The notes beneath the pieces are model-generated. The model did not search any database, was not told the origin of the DNA, and was given only the letters and a program-made list of their open reading frames with translations. A DNA stretch of 64,000 bases from an uncultured Ruficoccus sp. (lineage in GTDB: Bacteria; Verrucomicrobiota; Verrucomicrobiia; Opitutales; Cerasicoccaceae), in assembly GCA_965140785.1 (NCBI GenBank), contig OZ223481.1, positions 480,001 to 544,000 of the forward strand. The letters run 5' to 3'. Below are positions 30,457 to 40,389 of the stretch, one piece after another (within the stretch, counting starts at the first letter, position 1; the number at the start of each line of letters is the position of its first letter). The position numbers and the translations under genes are program-made.

Positions 30457-31440
30457 ATGAACTCCGCTATGGCCGACACCAACACAACCGGACGCAAATA
30501 TGGAAAAAAAGACTGGGACGAGGTGCGTTCCGGGATGACGCCTGCGATGTCCGAAGTGCGGCTGAAGGCGCTGGCGGAGGAATCGGGCCTGAGTGAGTGG
30601 CCCCTGCGTGGCAAGGGCGAGGTGGCCTCCAAGTATATCGATTACACCTGGGAGGAGATTCACGAGCTTCACGGCCTGGCGGAAAATCCGGAGCGCATCG
30701 ACCTGCTGATCGATATCCTGCGCGAGACCATCGCCTTCGAGGACCCTTTCGGGGACATGGTGGCCACGGTGGACGCGGCGACCAAACGCGAGGACAAGAT
30801 CGGTCGCAACCTCGTTCGCTTCCAGATTGATAAGACTTTCCCCCTCCGCTTCAGCGGCCTGTCCCAGGATACGATCGAATTTTGCGAGGCCGAGGACGTC
30901 CGCACCCTCGGCCAGTTCGCCGAGTTTTCCCACCGCATGGCCCAGAGCATCATCGTTGGCGGCGATTTCAAGGGCCTGCTCAGCGCGCTCACCAGCGCCG
31001 ACGAGCACGGCATGGCGCGGTACCTGCCTTTCCGCCCCGGCCACAAGGGGCTCCACCTGCCCGAAGCCATCGGCCTGGTCCTCTTGCAGTTGGCCGAAAA
31101 CGAAAAGTACACCCTGCTCAAGCGTTACGGCGCCAAGCTCGGCTCGGTCGAAAGCGCCAAGGCCAACCTCAGCAAGGAGCAGATCGCCCAACTCGAGGAC
31201 GTGCTCATGGCCAAGGTGGTCGAGCAGTGTGACTACTTTGACAAGCAGGTGCCGGAGTTGGAGACTAGGGTACGCGCCGGTGTCAGCCTCGAACGGATTT
31301 TCATGGTCTTAAACGACCCGGAAAGAGAAACCATCGCCGTCCGCGTCATGGACCGCTACCTCAAGCGGCGCCGGGGCCAGGTGGATGAGGCCGGGCCGAG
31401 TAAAAAGAAGGGGTTCTTCGGACGGCTCTTCGGGCGGTAA
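30457..31440 (+). CDS. Hypothetical protein with alphaCTD-like segment and MinD-like C-terminal amphipathic helix
   Basis: PLRFSGLSQDTIEFCEAEDVRTLGQF; ends KKKGFFGRLFGR. Confidence 0.75.
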   Translation: MNSAMADTNTTGRKYGKKDWDEVRSGMTPAMSEVRLKALAEESGLSEWPLRGKGEVASKYIDYTWEEIHELHGLAENPERIDLLIDILRETIAFEDPFGDMVATVDAATKREDKIGRNLVRFQIDKTFPLRFSGLSQDTIEFCEAEDVRTLGQFAEFSHRMAQSIIVGGDFKGLLSALTSADEHGMARYLPFRPGHKGLHLPEAIGLVLLQLAENEKYTLLKRYGAKLGSVESAKANLSKEQIAQLEDVLMAKVVEQCDYFDKQVPELETRVRAGVSLERIFMVLNDPERETIAVRVMDRYLKRRRGQVDEAGPSKKKGFFGRLFGR

Positions 31441-31509
31441 ACGGTTTTTGTTTCCCGCTGCCCTCCGGGTTCCTCGCTCTTTCCTTTCACGAAACAGCTA
31501 CGAACTTTC

Positions 31510-32157
31510 ATGCTGGACCCCATGGGCAAGCCCTTCATCCCCAAGAAACGCGTGCTGAGCCTGCGGCCTCAGGATCGCCGCACGGCTGAGGTGTCCATCC
31601 AGTCGCGCGAGAAGATCGATGCCTTCGTCAAAAAGACACGCAATCCCTTCGGCACGCCGGTCACTTTTCAGGAATCGGAGGTGGACGAGGTCGTGCACAC
31701 GCTCCGCAAGGCGGAGAAGGACCTGCTGGAGCGGGAGCGCAAGCTTCAGGAGATGGAGACCCGCCTGGCCGACAAGGAGCGCGAGCTGTGGGAGGGCGAG
31801 GCCCTGCTCGAAGCCCGCCGCAAGGTGCTCGACACCCAGCGCCGCCAATTCACCCAGCAGCAGGCCCATGCCCAGGCTCAGCCGGGCGTTTCCGACGAGG
31901 AACGTGCGGCCCTGCTAGAGCTTCAGCGCCAGTTGGAAGGCCGGGAAAAGACCCTCGAAGAGGGTCGGGCTTTGCTCAAGGAGCGCGAGGAATTCGTCGA
32001 GCAGGCCGAGAACGTGCTTTTTGATAAAACGATGGAGCAGCAGGAGCGCGAGGCGGAGCTGGAAATTCTGGCCGATATGCTGGAAGCCCGCCGGGCGGAT
32101 CTCGACGCTCGCGAGGGCATCGAGCGCCCCGAACCGCCCAAAGAAGTCATGGAGTAG
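31510..32157 (+). CDS. Coiled-coil protein
   Basis: Long E/R/K/L/Q-rich heptad segments. Confidence 0.75.
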   Translation: MLDPMGKPFIPKKRVLSLRPQDRRTAEVSIQSREKIDAFVKKTRNPFGTPVTFQESEVDEVVHTLRKAEKDLLERERKLQEMETRLADKERELWEGEALLEARRKVLDTQRRQFTQQQAHAQAQPGVSDEERAALLELQRQLEGREKTLEEGRALLKEREEFVEQAENVLFDKTMEQQEREAELEILADMLEARRADLDAREGIERPEPPKEVME

Positions 32158-32281
32158 GCATCCGGTTTATCCTATGTCTGGCAGAGGCCTTTCTGGCCCT
32201 GTCGGGCGCGTGTCTTTTGTTCAATACTACTCCAGCCGGACCATTTGACAGCCGGAGAAAATCGGCTTATTAATGAGTTGT

Positions 32282-32512
32282 ATGAACGATGTTAATATAC
32301 CCCCGTTGCTCCTGCGTAGCCTCAAGTTCCGTGCCCATCGCCGCCACACCACCCTCGACTCTGAACTGGCCGCGTGTATTCGGGCAGGGATGGACAGCCT
32401 GATGCGGCACGAAGAGCGTTTCCGCCAGACCGCCCCTCGTCTGCGCCAGAAATCCACCGGTTTCCTGAGGCGCGGCCAGCTCGCCGCCTTGATCGAGGAG
32501 GGTCGGGCTTGA
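32282..32512 (+). CDS. Putative antitoxin (FitA/Arc-like ribbon-helix-helix)
   Basis: NIPPLLLRSLKFRAHRRHTTLDSE...LIEEGRA directly upstream of a PIN gene. Confidence 0.65.
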   Translation: MNDVNIPPLLLRSLKFRAHRRHTTLDSELAACIRAGMDSLMRHEERFRQTAPRLRQKSTGFLRRGQLAALIEEGRA

Positions 32513-32549
32513 GTCTGCCCCGCTGTCAGCCACATCTTATCCGTTGCCG

Positions 32550-32957
32550 ATGATCGTTGTCGATACGACCGTAATCGCCCCCCTGCTTCTGCCCGGCGTT
32601 AATACCCCCTGGTCACAACAGGCCTACGAGCGCGACAGTGCCTGGGCCTCCAGCCCGCTTTGGCGCTCCGAGCTGCGCAATGTGCTCGCCCACTACCAAC
32701 GCGAACATCGGGTGGAGCCTGCCGCCTGCCTGGAGATCATGAACGCGGCGGAGGAGAAAATGCACCCCCGCCAGTACAACATCCTCTCCGAGACGGTCAT
32801 CATGCTCGCCGCCCAGAGCGACTGCTCGGCCTACGAGTGCGAATACGCCGCCCTGGCCCAGGAATTGAACGTCTTTCTGGTCACCGCCAACGAGCGTTTG
32901 CTGGCGGCTTTTCCTACAGTTACCTGCGCGCTGGAGCGGTTCGCCCGTGGTGAGTAA
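32550..32957 (+). CDS. vapC: PIN-domain VapC-like protein
   Basis: MIVVDT, LWRSELRNV, SAYECEYAALA, LVTAN. Confidence 0.85.
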   Translation: MIVVDTTVIAPLLLPGVNTPWSQQAYERDSAWASSPLWRSELRNVLAHYQREHRVEPAACLEIMNAAEEKMHPRQYNILSETVIMLAAQSDCSAYECEYAALAQELNVFLVTANERLLAAFPTVTCALERFARGE

Positions 32958-33082
32958 TGGCCATTTATACTGTGCCGCTCCCATATCGCGCTTTCGAATA
33001 CTTTGGGTGGAGGTCACGCATGGCGTCTCCCGGCTAAAAAGAAGTTTGCCAAAGGCGCCCTCTCTCTCTTTTAAAATCGAAC

Positions 33083-33454
33083 ATGGAAGCTAATGAACCC
33101 AAGCCCTTTACCGCCGAAGACGAGGCGGAAGTGAGGGAGTCCCTGAAGCGTTGTTCCCCTGAAACGGTGGAGGCGGCTATTGCCTATCGCAAAACCGGCG
33201 ACACCTCGCAGGTGCCCACCATCATCATGGGCATCCTCGAACGCGTGATGGAACCCGAAGCTCGCCCCAAGCTCCAGGAGGGTAACGACGACACCCGCAT
33301 CAACGAAGATCTCGGGATCGACTCCCTGACCATGGTCGAGGTCATCATGATGGTCGAGGAGACCCTCGACATCACCGTGGACAACGAAGAGCTGCGCAAC
33401 CTTTCGACCATCGGCGACGTTAAGACCTTTATCACCAGAAAGCTCGAATCCTGA
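33083..33454 (+). CDS. Acyl carrier protein with N-terminal extension
   Basis: DLGIDSLTMVEV phosphopantetheine site. Confidence 0.9.
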   Translation: MEANEPKPFTAEDEAEVRESLKRCSPETVEAAIAYRKTGDTSQVPTIIMGILERVMEPEARPKLQEGNDDTRINEDLGIDSLTMVEVIMMVEETLDITVDNEELRNLSTIGDVKTFITRKLES

Positions 33455-33456
33455 GC

Positions 33457-33927
33457 ATGGACGATATCCCGGTCTGTCAGCTCGACGCGGCGGCCATCGC
33501 CGCGGCCATTCCCCACGACGACCCCTTCCTCTTTCTGGACTCGGCCTCGCTCGAGCCGGAAACGGCCACCGGCTCCTACCGTATCCGGGGGGACGAGTTC
33601 TTCCTGCGCGGCCACTTCCGCGACAACCCGACTTTCCCGGCCTCCATCATGCTGGAGGCGCTCGGGCAGCTCGCGGTCCTCTTTCTGGTCGCCGCCCCTT
33701 CGCCCGCCCTGGCGGAGAAGCAGGTCGATCCGGCCAAGATCTTTTTCCACTCCAGCGACGAGGTGCGCTGCTCGCGCTTCTGCCGCCCCGGCGACGTGCT
33801 GGAGATGGCGATCAAGTGCCGCCGCATCCGCCACCCCCGGGCCAGCTTCCAGGGGTCGATCACCGTGGCGGGTGAGCGGGCGGCCTACGCCGAGGGGATC
33901 AACCTCATGTTCGACTGGCGGGCGTAG
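33457..33927 (+). CDS. 3-hydroxyacyl-ACP dehydratase (FabZ/FabA family)
   Basis: IPHDDPFLFLD, FLRGHF..NPTFPASIMLEALGQ. Confidence 0.88.
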   Translation: MDDIPVCQLDAAAIAAAIPHDDPFLFLDSASLEPETATGSYRIRGDEFFLRGHFRDNPTFPASIMLEALGQLAVLFLVAAPSPALAEKQVDPAKIFFHSSDEVRCSRFCRPGDVLEMAIKCRRIRHPRASFQGSITVAGERAAYAEGINLMFDWRA

Positions 33928-34014
33928 GTGCCGGTGTATCAGTTTACATGATTGCTGATCCGGTCGGACTTTTTCCGTTTGAAGACTGCGTGGGGATCAA
34001 CATAGTCCGTGATC

Positions 34015-35265
34015 ATGAGAAACGTTGTGGTTACCGGCCTTGGATTCATTACCAGCATCGGTAATGATAAGGCGACCGTCTCGCAGAGCCTGAAGGAGCT
34101 CAAGCACGGCATCGCCGTCTATGACCGCTTCGAGGAAGCGGGCGAGCGCATTCACCTGGCCGGAAAGGTTCAGGACTTCGACGTCAGCTCGAACGACCCG
34201 GAGGACTGGGTCTACCCGGAGCGCTACGCGCTCAAGCGCGAGCAGCTCCGCAGCATGGCCCCGCACGTGCTCTACGCGCACTGTGCCCTCGTACAAGCGG
34301 TCGCGGACGCCGGGTTGACCCCGGAGGCCATTTCCGACCCCATGACCGGCCTGTTCACCTCCTCCGCCGGTTCCGTTCGCCTGCTGACCCACCACATGAA
34401 CCGGCTGAAAAAGCACGGCCTGCGCCGCGCCAGCCCCATGGGCGTGGTCTCTTCGGTGGCGGGCACCCTGTCTTTCAACCTCGTGGCCCTGCACAAGATC
34501 CTCGGCTCTTCCGGGGGCTTCGTCTCGGCCTGCGCCTCCTCCGGCCATGGCCTCGGCTATGCCTGGGACGAAATCGCCCTGGGCCGTCAGGACCGCATCA
34601 TCGTCATCGGCGCCGAGGACGGTGACTTGGAGACGATCCTGCCCTTTGGCGCCATGCGCGCGCTCTGCCCCTCAGCCGAGCCGCCCGGCTCGCGCCCCTT
34701 CGACAAGGCCCGCAACGGCTTTGTCGGCACCGGCGGGGCTACCGCGCTCGTCCTCGAGTCCGAAGAATGCGCAGCCGCCCGTGGCGCCCCGGTCTATGCC
34801 CGCTTCAGCGGCTGGGGTCAGGCCTCCGACGGGTACAACGTCGCCATCTCGCACCCCGAGGGCGACGGTCTGGCCCGCGCCATGCAGCTCGCGCTCAAGG
34901 CCACCGGCACCGAGGCCGCCGAGGTGGACTACATCAACGCCCACGCCACCTCGACCCCCATCGGGGACACTTCCGAGATGAAGGCCATTCGAAAGGTCTT
35001 CGGCAGCGGCGGCCCGGCCCTCTCCAGCACGAAAGCCCTCACCGGCCACGGCCTTTCGCTGGCCAGCGCGATGGAGGCGGGCTTCACCATTTTGGGCATG
35101 AAGGAGGGCTTTACGCCCGGCTCGGCCCACATCACCGACCTCGACCCCGAGGGCGAGGATTTAAACATCATCCGCGAAACCCTCGACAAGGCCCCGCAGG
35201 TCGCCCTCTCCAACAGCAGCGGTTTCGGCGGTGCCAACGTCGTCACGGTTTTCAAATCGGCTTAG
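34015..35265 (+). CDS. Beta-ketoacyl-ACP synthase (FabB/F family)
   Basis: SACASS (Cys), INAHATST, TGHG, NSSGFGG. Confidence 0.93.
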   Translation: MRNVVVTGLGFITSIGNDKATVSQSLKELKHGIAVYDRFEEAGERIHLAGKVQDFDVSSNDPEDWVYPERYALKREQLRSMAPHVLYAHCALVQAVADAGLTPEAISDPMTGLFTSSAGSVRLLTHHMNRLKKHGLRRASPMGVVSSVAGTLSFNLVALHKILGSSGGFVSACASSGHGLGYAWDEIALGRQDRIIVIGAEDGDLETILPFGAMRALCPSAEPPGSRPFDKARNGFVGTGGATALVLESEECAAARGAPVYARFSGWGQASDGYNVAISHPEGDGLARAMQLALKATGTEAAEVDYINAHATSTPIGDTSEMKAIRKVFGSGGPALSSTKALTGHGLSLASAMEAGFTILGMKEGFTPGSAHITDLDPEGEDLNIIRETLDKAPQVALSNSSGFGGANVVTVFKSA

Positions 35266-35278
35266 ATGGGACGGGGTA

Positions 35279-35704
35279 ATGCCCGTAACAAAGCCTTCTC
35301 CTCGCATGCGCTCATCTCCAACCGGACACGCGACACACTATACGCTCAGCGCTGGGGCCTTCGCCATGGTGTTGTTGATGGGCTGCGCTGGATGTGTGCG
35401 TGACACCGACGCTCAATACCGGAATCGCATTGAGCGTTTGAACGTAGCCATGCAATCCTACCGCCTCATGTATGGCTATTTCCCCGAGGCTGATGACAAC
35501 CGGACGCTGATGATTAAGCTGATGGGAGAGGCAAACTACATCAAGGACAAGGCTTCTGCGTCGGATGCGAGGAGGCTGGATAAAGTTTTCTTTGAGGCGC
35601 GCGAAGGGGATTTGAATGCCCAGATGGAACTCCTCGGCAAAGATGGCCACCCGTTGGATATTTCTTCACACCCTCAGGATGGGCTTATTCTGAACGAATC
35701 GTGA
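35279..35704 (+). CDS. Hypothetical exported protein (pseudopilin/GspG-like segment)
   Basis: Hydrophobic segment ending GCAGC, then LNVAMQSYRLMYGYFP; start uncertain. Confidence 0.5.
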   Translation: MPVTKPSPRMRSSPTGHATHYTLSAGAFAMVLLMGCAGCVRDTDAQYRNRIERLNVAMQSYRLMYGYFPEADDNRTLMIKLMGEANYIKDKASASDARRLDKVFFEAREGDLNAQMELLGKDGHPLDISSHPQDGLILNES

Positions 35705-35766
35705 CCGGCCCGGTGATTTCGCTGGTTTGTATCGCCTTGGGCTGAGCCAATATCTAATTTCCCCCT

Positions 35767-36342
35767 ATGAGTAAACGCCGCTACGGCCAACATGGCCGCG
35801 ACAATGCCCACGCCAGCAGCCGCATCGCCGTCGACCCGATGGACGAGAAGCAGTTCCTGGCCAAACTGCGCGAAACCGAAGACCCCTTCGTGCTCATCAT
35901 TGACGGCGTGCAGGACCCGCACAACCTCGGGGCCTGCCTGCGCAGTGCCGACGCCGCCGGGGTGGACTTCGTCCTCGCCCCGCAGAAGCACACCGTTGGC
36001 CTGACCGAGACCGTGCGGCGCATCGCCTGCGGCGGGGCCGACCGCGTCCCCTACATCCAGGTGCAGAACCTCAACCGCACCCTGGAAAAGATGAAAGAAA
36101 TCGGTCTGTGGATCGTCGGCACCGGGGACGAGGAATCGCAACTCCTCTACGAAGTGGACATGAAGGGCCCGCTCGCCATCGTCCTCGGTCGCGAGGATTT
36201 AGGCGTGCGCAAAGCCATCGCCGACAAGTGCGACTTCCTCGTGAAAATCCCCATGCTCGGCCACGTCGATTGCCTCAATCTCTCCGTCGCCACCGGCGTC
36301 TGCCTCTTCGAGGCCGTCCGGCAGCGGACCACAAAATCGTGA
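35767..36342 (+). CDS. TrmH/SpoU-family RNA 2'-O-methyltransferase (RlmB-like catalytic domain)
   Basis: DGVQDPHNLGACLRSA, VLGRED, IPMLG..LNLSVATG. Confidence 0.92.
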   Translation: MSKRRYGQHGRDNAHASSRIAVDPMDEKQFLAKLRETEDPFVLIIDGVQDPHNLGACLRSADAAGVDFVLAPQKHTVGLTETVRRIACGGADRVPYIQVQNLNRTLEKMKEIGLWIVGTGDEESQLLYEVDMKGPLAIVLGREDLGVRKAIADKCDFLVKIPMLGHVDCLNLSVATGVCLFEAVRQRTTKS

Positions 36343-36353
36343 CTTGGCTGAGA

Positions 36354-36628
36354 CTGGCCACAGAGCACACAGAGGAGTCACAGAGACCCCAGAGCTTATA
36401 TCCTGAAGCTTCTAATTTGTCTCGGGAATCGCTCGGTGGGATTTAACAGGAAGGTCGGGAAGATCGAAAACGAAGTAGAGATAAATTCTCTCGGCCTTCC
36501 CGCCCTTCCTGTTTAAAAAAGCATCCCTTCAGTGAAGGCCCGGATTTACCACTTCCTGCTTGGAAACGGGATTCGTTTTGGAAAACTCTCTGTAGTCTCC
36601 GTGCCTCCCCGGTGCTCTCTGTGACCAG
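36354..36628. repeat. Nested inverted elements made of degenerate ~9-nt units
   Basis: Outer CTGGCCACAGAGCACAC / GTGCTCTCTGTGACCAG; inner TTTAACAGGAAGGTCGGGAAGATCGA / TCGGCCTTCCCGCCCTTCCTGTTTAAA. Confidence 0.7.
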
Positions 36629-36633
36629 CTTCT

Positions 36634-37359
36634 TTATCCCCCCACGCCGTAAAAACGTCGGTGTTTGCGGAAGAGATTGTATTTGATGATGGCGTAGATG
36701 GCGCGTACGCCGTCTCTCCAGCCGATCTTTTTGCCTTCGGCGTAGGTGCGCCCGTCGTAGCTGATGCCGACCTCGTAGATGATGCAGCCGGAGTGGGCGA
36801 GCTTGGCGGTGATCTCCGGCTCGAAGCCGAAGCGATCCTCCTCGATCTGAAACTGCTGGATGATGTCGCGGCGGCAGACCTTGTAGCAGGTTTCCATGTC
36901 GGTGAGGTTGATATTGGTGCACATGTTCGAGAGTGTGGTCAGGAAGCGGTTGCCGAGCATGTGCCAGAAATAGACCACGCGGTGCGGCCTCCCGCCCAGA
37001 AAACGTGAGCCGAAGACCACGTCTGCCCCGCGGTGCAGGATGGGGTCGATCAGGGTGGGGTAGTCGCGCGGATCGTACTCCAGGTCGGCGTCCTGAATGA
37101 TGACAATGTCCCCGGTGGCGGCAGCGATGCCGGTGCGCAGGGCCGCGCCCTTGCCCTGGTTGGCCTTGTGGCGCAGGAGCTTGTGGTAGCTGCCGGGGTT
37201 GGCTTCGAGGACGTCGAGTGTGCCGTCCCCGGAGCAGTCATCGACCACGATCAGCTCCAGCTCGTGCTCGGGGAAGACCGGGCTCTCCTGGATGCGGCGA
37301 AGGATTTTCAGGACGGTCTCTTCCTCGTTATAGCAGGGGACAACAACGCTCAAGATCAT
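36634..37359 (-). CDS. GT2 glycosyltransferase (DPM-synthase-like)
   Basis: [40 protein letters not shown]. Confidence 0.95.
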   Translation of the reverse strand: MILSVVVPCYNEEETVLKILRRIQESPVFPEHELELIVVDDCSGDGTLDVLEANPGSYHKLLRHKANQGKGAALRTGIAAATGDIVIIQDADLEYDPRDYPTLIDPILHRGADVVFGSRFLGGRPHRVVYFWHMLGNRFLTTLSNMCTNINLTDMETCYKVCRRDIIQQFQIEEDRFGFEPEITAKLAHSGCIIYEVGISYDGRTYAEGKKIGWRDGVRAIYAIIKYNLFRKHRRFYGVGG

Positions 37360-37464
37360 GCTTACCCCGCAGTATTGAGGCGTGCCTGGCCCTTGGCAAG
37401 GCGAAGGTGCCCGCTCAGGCTTTCGCGCTTGAAGCCTGAGTATTATACCCGATAATGCGCTCTT

Positions 37465-38211
37465 ATGCACCGTTTCCTGGGACGGCACCTGGAGGCCGCG
37501 GCTCAAGTTCCGATCTACGCGCGGCATCACTGGCGCGTCTTGCTTATCCGGGGAACGATTCTCGCTGTCGCTATGGTGGCGGTCGTGGTGGTAGGCAAGA
37601 TGCTGGAGGACGACCTCCCGGCCATCCTTGGCTGGATCCGCGACCAGGGCGCCTGGATGCCGGCTATCTTCTGCGGGATCTTTCTCATCGCGTGTCTGTT
37701 GTGCGTGCCGGCGGACATCTTCGTTTTCGCGGCGGGGACGCTCTTCGGCCTGGGCTGGGGTTTTTTCTATGCGGTGGTGACGGAATATGTCGCGCTCATG
37801 CTGGCTTTTTATCTGGCCCGCGTGTTTTTCAAGAAACGGATCGAGCGCTTCATGGCGGTCCACCCGCGCTTTCAGGCCATCGACAAGGCGGTCAGCGCCA
37901 AGGGCCTGCGTATTGGGTTTCTGCTACGACTGGGGCCGGTGCCCTTCGGCCCGCTCAACTACATCCTCGGCGTCAGCCGAATGGATTTTCGCACGTATAT
38001 GCTGGCTAGTCCCGGCCTCCTCCCGAGCCTGCTGGCCGTCGTTTACTACGGGGTCGTGGCCCGTCACCTGACGCGGCTGGCCACGGGGATGGAGCACCAC
38101 AGCCCGGTGCACTACATCAGCATGGTGGCCGGGGCGATTGTGGCCCTGTGCGCCTCGGTGTACATCGCCCGCGTGGCGCGTAAGGCCCTCAAGGACGCCC
38201 ACGCGCTCTGA
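37465..38211 (+). CDS. TVP38/TMEM64 (DedA/VTT) membrane protein
   Basis: [24 protein letters not shown]. Confidence 0.9.
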   Translation: MHRFLGRHLEAAAQVPIYARHHWRVLLIRGTILAVAMVAVVVVGKMLEDDLPAILGWIRDQGAWMPAIFCGIFLIACLLCVPADIFVFAAGTLFGLGWGFFYAVVTEYVALMLAFYLARVFFKKRIERFMAVHPRFQAIDKAVSAKGLRIGFLLRLGPVPFGPLNYILGVSRMDFRTYMLASPGLLPSLLAVVYYGVVARHLTRLATGMEHHSPVHYISMVAGAIVALCASVYIARVARKALKDAHAL

Positions 38212-38278
38212 TTGCTTGATTCTGCTCTTCTGGGGTTTTCCGTTGTGTAGATCTTTGATTAGTCGTCATAATAGTACG

Positions 38279-38734
38279 ATGAAGTGCCTGGCCGTTTTTG
38301 TATTACTTCTATTTCTGCTACCCCGCGCCTTTGGGGAACAGACTGTGGATTTTTCGTCTTATGAGGTGAGAGAACCTGCCCGTATAGCTGCATTTAAGAA
38401 GATTCTAGCCAAGAAGGCGGAAGATAAGGAGGCGTACTTGGAGGCGATGGACGCATACTGTTCGACTTTGAAGGCGGAGGTGAGCATACAGGCTCAAGCA
38501 GGGCTGGACGGGCAGTTCGAACAGACAGAGGGGGACGTTTGCATGACGGGCAAAGTCTTTCCTTTTCAGACAAACCCCGATGGGTATCCGGTCAAAGTGA
38601 ATGTCACCCAGGGTGAGCGTACGATCCACAACGCGACTCCGTTACTGATGCAGCCAAACGAATTTGTAGTCGTCACCGTTGTTACTGCCGAGAAGTATAT
38701 CTATGTCACTACACTTAAGCTGAGTGTGGATTAG
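38279..38734 (+). CDS. Hypothetical secreted protein
   Basis: Signal peptide MKCLAVFVLLLFLLPRAFG; lower GC. Confidence 0.6.
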   Translation: MKCLAVFVLLLFLLPRAFGEQTVDFSSYEVREPARIAAFKKILAKKAEDKEAYLEAMDAYCSTLKAEVSIQAQAGLDGQFEQTEGDVCMTGKVFPFQTNPDGYPVKVNVTQGERTIHNATPLLMQPNEFVVVTVVTAEKYIYVTTLKLSVD

Positions 38735-38812
38735 AAGAGTCTTTGGTGTGAACACCCGCTTCGGCAGGATGCGGGCTTGCCATGGGTAGGGGGGCGGCGT
38801 TTTCATAAGGGT

Positions 38813-39280
38813 ATGTTGAAATGGGTACGTAGCGCCGCCCGTGCGCTGATCATCCGGAATGGCGAACTGCTGGCCATCCGCATGCAACGGGTGCCCGGAG
38901 AGGTCTTTTACATCCTGCCCGGCGGCGGCCAGAAGCACGGCGAAACGCTCATGGACACGCTCCAGCGCGAGTGCCGGGAGGAGATCGGCACCGAGGTCCA
39001 GCCCGGCGAAATCGCCTACGTGCGCGAATACATCGGCCGCCACCACCACCTGCGCAAGCTGCACAAGGATTTCCACCAGCTCGAAGTGGTCTTCCACTGC
39101 GCACTGCCCGAGGGGGCGGAGCCGCGCCCCGGCCCGGACCACGACAAGCACCAGATCGGGATCGAATGGCTGCCGCTGGAGCGGCTCAAGGACACCGATT
39201 TCTACCCGGAAGTGCTCAAGACCCTGGTCGAGGACGGACGGGTCAGCGCCAGCCGCCTGTACCTGGGCGACATCAATTAG
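38813..39280 (+). CDS. NUDIX hydrolase
   Basis: Nudix box PGGGQKHGETLMDTLQRECREEIG. Confidence 0.92.
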   Translation: MLKWVRSAARALIIRNGELLAIRMQRVPGEVFYILPGGGQKHGETLMDTLQRECREEIGTEVQPGEIAYVREYIGRHHHLRKLHKDFHQLEVVFHCALPEGAEPRPGPDHDKHQIGIEWLPLERLKDTDFYPEVLKTLVEDGRVSASRLYLGDIN

Positions 39281-40112
39281 TGTCCGCCAGCATGCTGGTG
39301 CCGGTGATGGTTGAGCCGGTGGGCGCAATAGGCGGTCGCTTGTCCGCCTCCGAGGGCGGCTCGTCCAGCCCCTCAATGCCGCCGGGCGGATCGAAGTAGG
39401 GCAGGTAAACCCCGGCGTCGAGCCGAATACTCTCCAGCGTGATAACCGAGACCAACTCTCCGTCCCGGTAGCTTTCCACCCGGAAGGGGAGCTGGAGCCT
39501 GTCCAGGCGGCGAATGTCCTGATAGCGGTACTCCACCTGGTGCTCGCTGCCGTCAACAACCTCGGAGTACTCCAGCCGGTAATCGAGGAAGGTCTCCTGG
39601 TCGATGGTGTAGCGCTCCGTGGAGCCGTTCTCCAGCGTCACGTCGATCAGATACACGGGTCTGCCCTCGAACTCGTCGGACCCGGCATAGGCCCGGACCA
39701 CGTGCGGGTTGTGCGGCTGGTAGAGCTGGTTGAACATGGCGGCGTTGCGGATCAGGTTCTCGCGTGCCGGCCCGGTGAGCTCGACCGCCTGCCGACGCTG
39801 GCGAACGGTTTGCCAGGCGGTTTCGCCATTGTACCCCATGATCAGTTCCATTCCGTTCAGCGTCACGGTCATGCGGATCAGGTCGGGCTGCTTTTTAACC
39901 TGCACGAAGGACAATTGCTGCCCGTCTTGCTCAATGGTTCCCTCCATGCGCAGAGTTTCTATTGAGTCGATGTAGGCGCTCCCGCCCTGGGCCTTGACGT
40001 ACCCGGCCAGGATTTCCGGCAAGCTCAGCTCTCTGGACGAGGCCGTCGGTTCGGCGGTGAGCAGGCGGGCGCAAGCCAGGGAGGACAACAGCAGCAGAGG
40101 GAGGGCTTTCAT
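39273..40112 (-). CDS. LolA-like / outer-membrane lipoprotein-sorting family protein
   Basis: Signal peptide; YVKAQGG, GYNGETAW, beta-rich core. Confidence 0.7.
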   Translation of the reverse strand: MKALPLLLLSSLACARLLTAEPTASSRELSLPEILAGYVKAQGGSAYIDSIETLRMEGTIEQDGQQLSFVQVKKQPDLIRMTVTLNGMELIMGYNGETAWQTVRQRRQAVELTGPARENLIRNAAMFNQLYQPHNPHVVRAYAGSDEFEGRPVYLIDVTLENGSTERYTIDQETFLDYRLEYSEVVDGSEHQVEYRYQDIRRLDRLQLPFRVESYRDGELVSVITLESIRLDAGVYLPYFDPPGGIEGLDEPPSEADKRPPIAPTGSTITGTSMLADTN

Positions 40113-40389
40113 GGCGGTGTTGATGGTTCTTCTGCCGCGGGGCGGCAGGAGAGCACTTACCATAAAGCGGCATCACGGCGCCCGCATGGCGGATGGGTGA
40201 CAATGCAGCAACAAACCGCTTCGCCGGAGCATAGGTCAAATGCGGATTAGTATCACTCTAACGTATTTAAGAATTTTATATCTTTAAAAATAGCCGTATA
40301 AGTTCTTTTTGTGTTGATTGTTACTTAATGAAATATATTAAATATCAAAAATGACTCATGGATGATTTTTCATATTCAAAGGAGTGTTG

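Noticed and set aside
36634..37863. 409-aa version of the GT2 ORF and other extended starts (fusA 19037, pyrG 25862, ribBA 50325, ftsY 53023)
   Set aside because: The extensions overlap other genes or precede the conserved N-terminal motif, so downstream ATGs were chosen.
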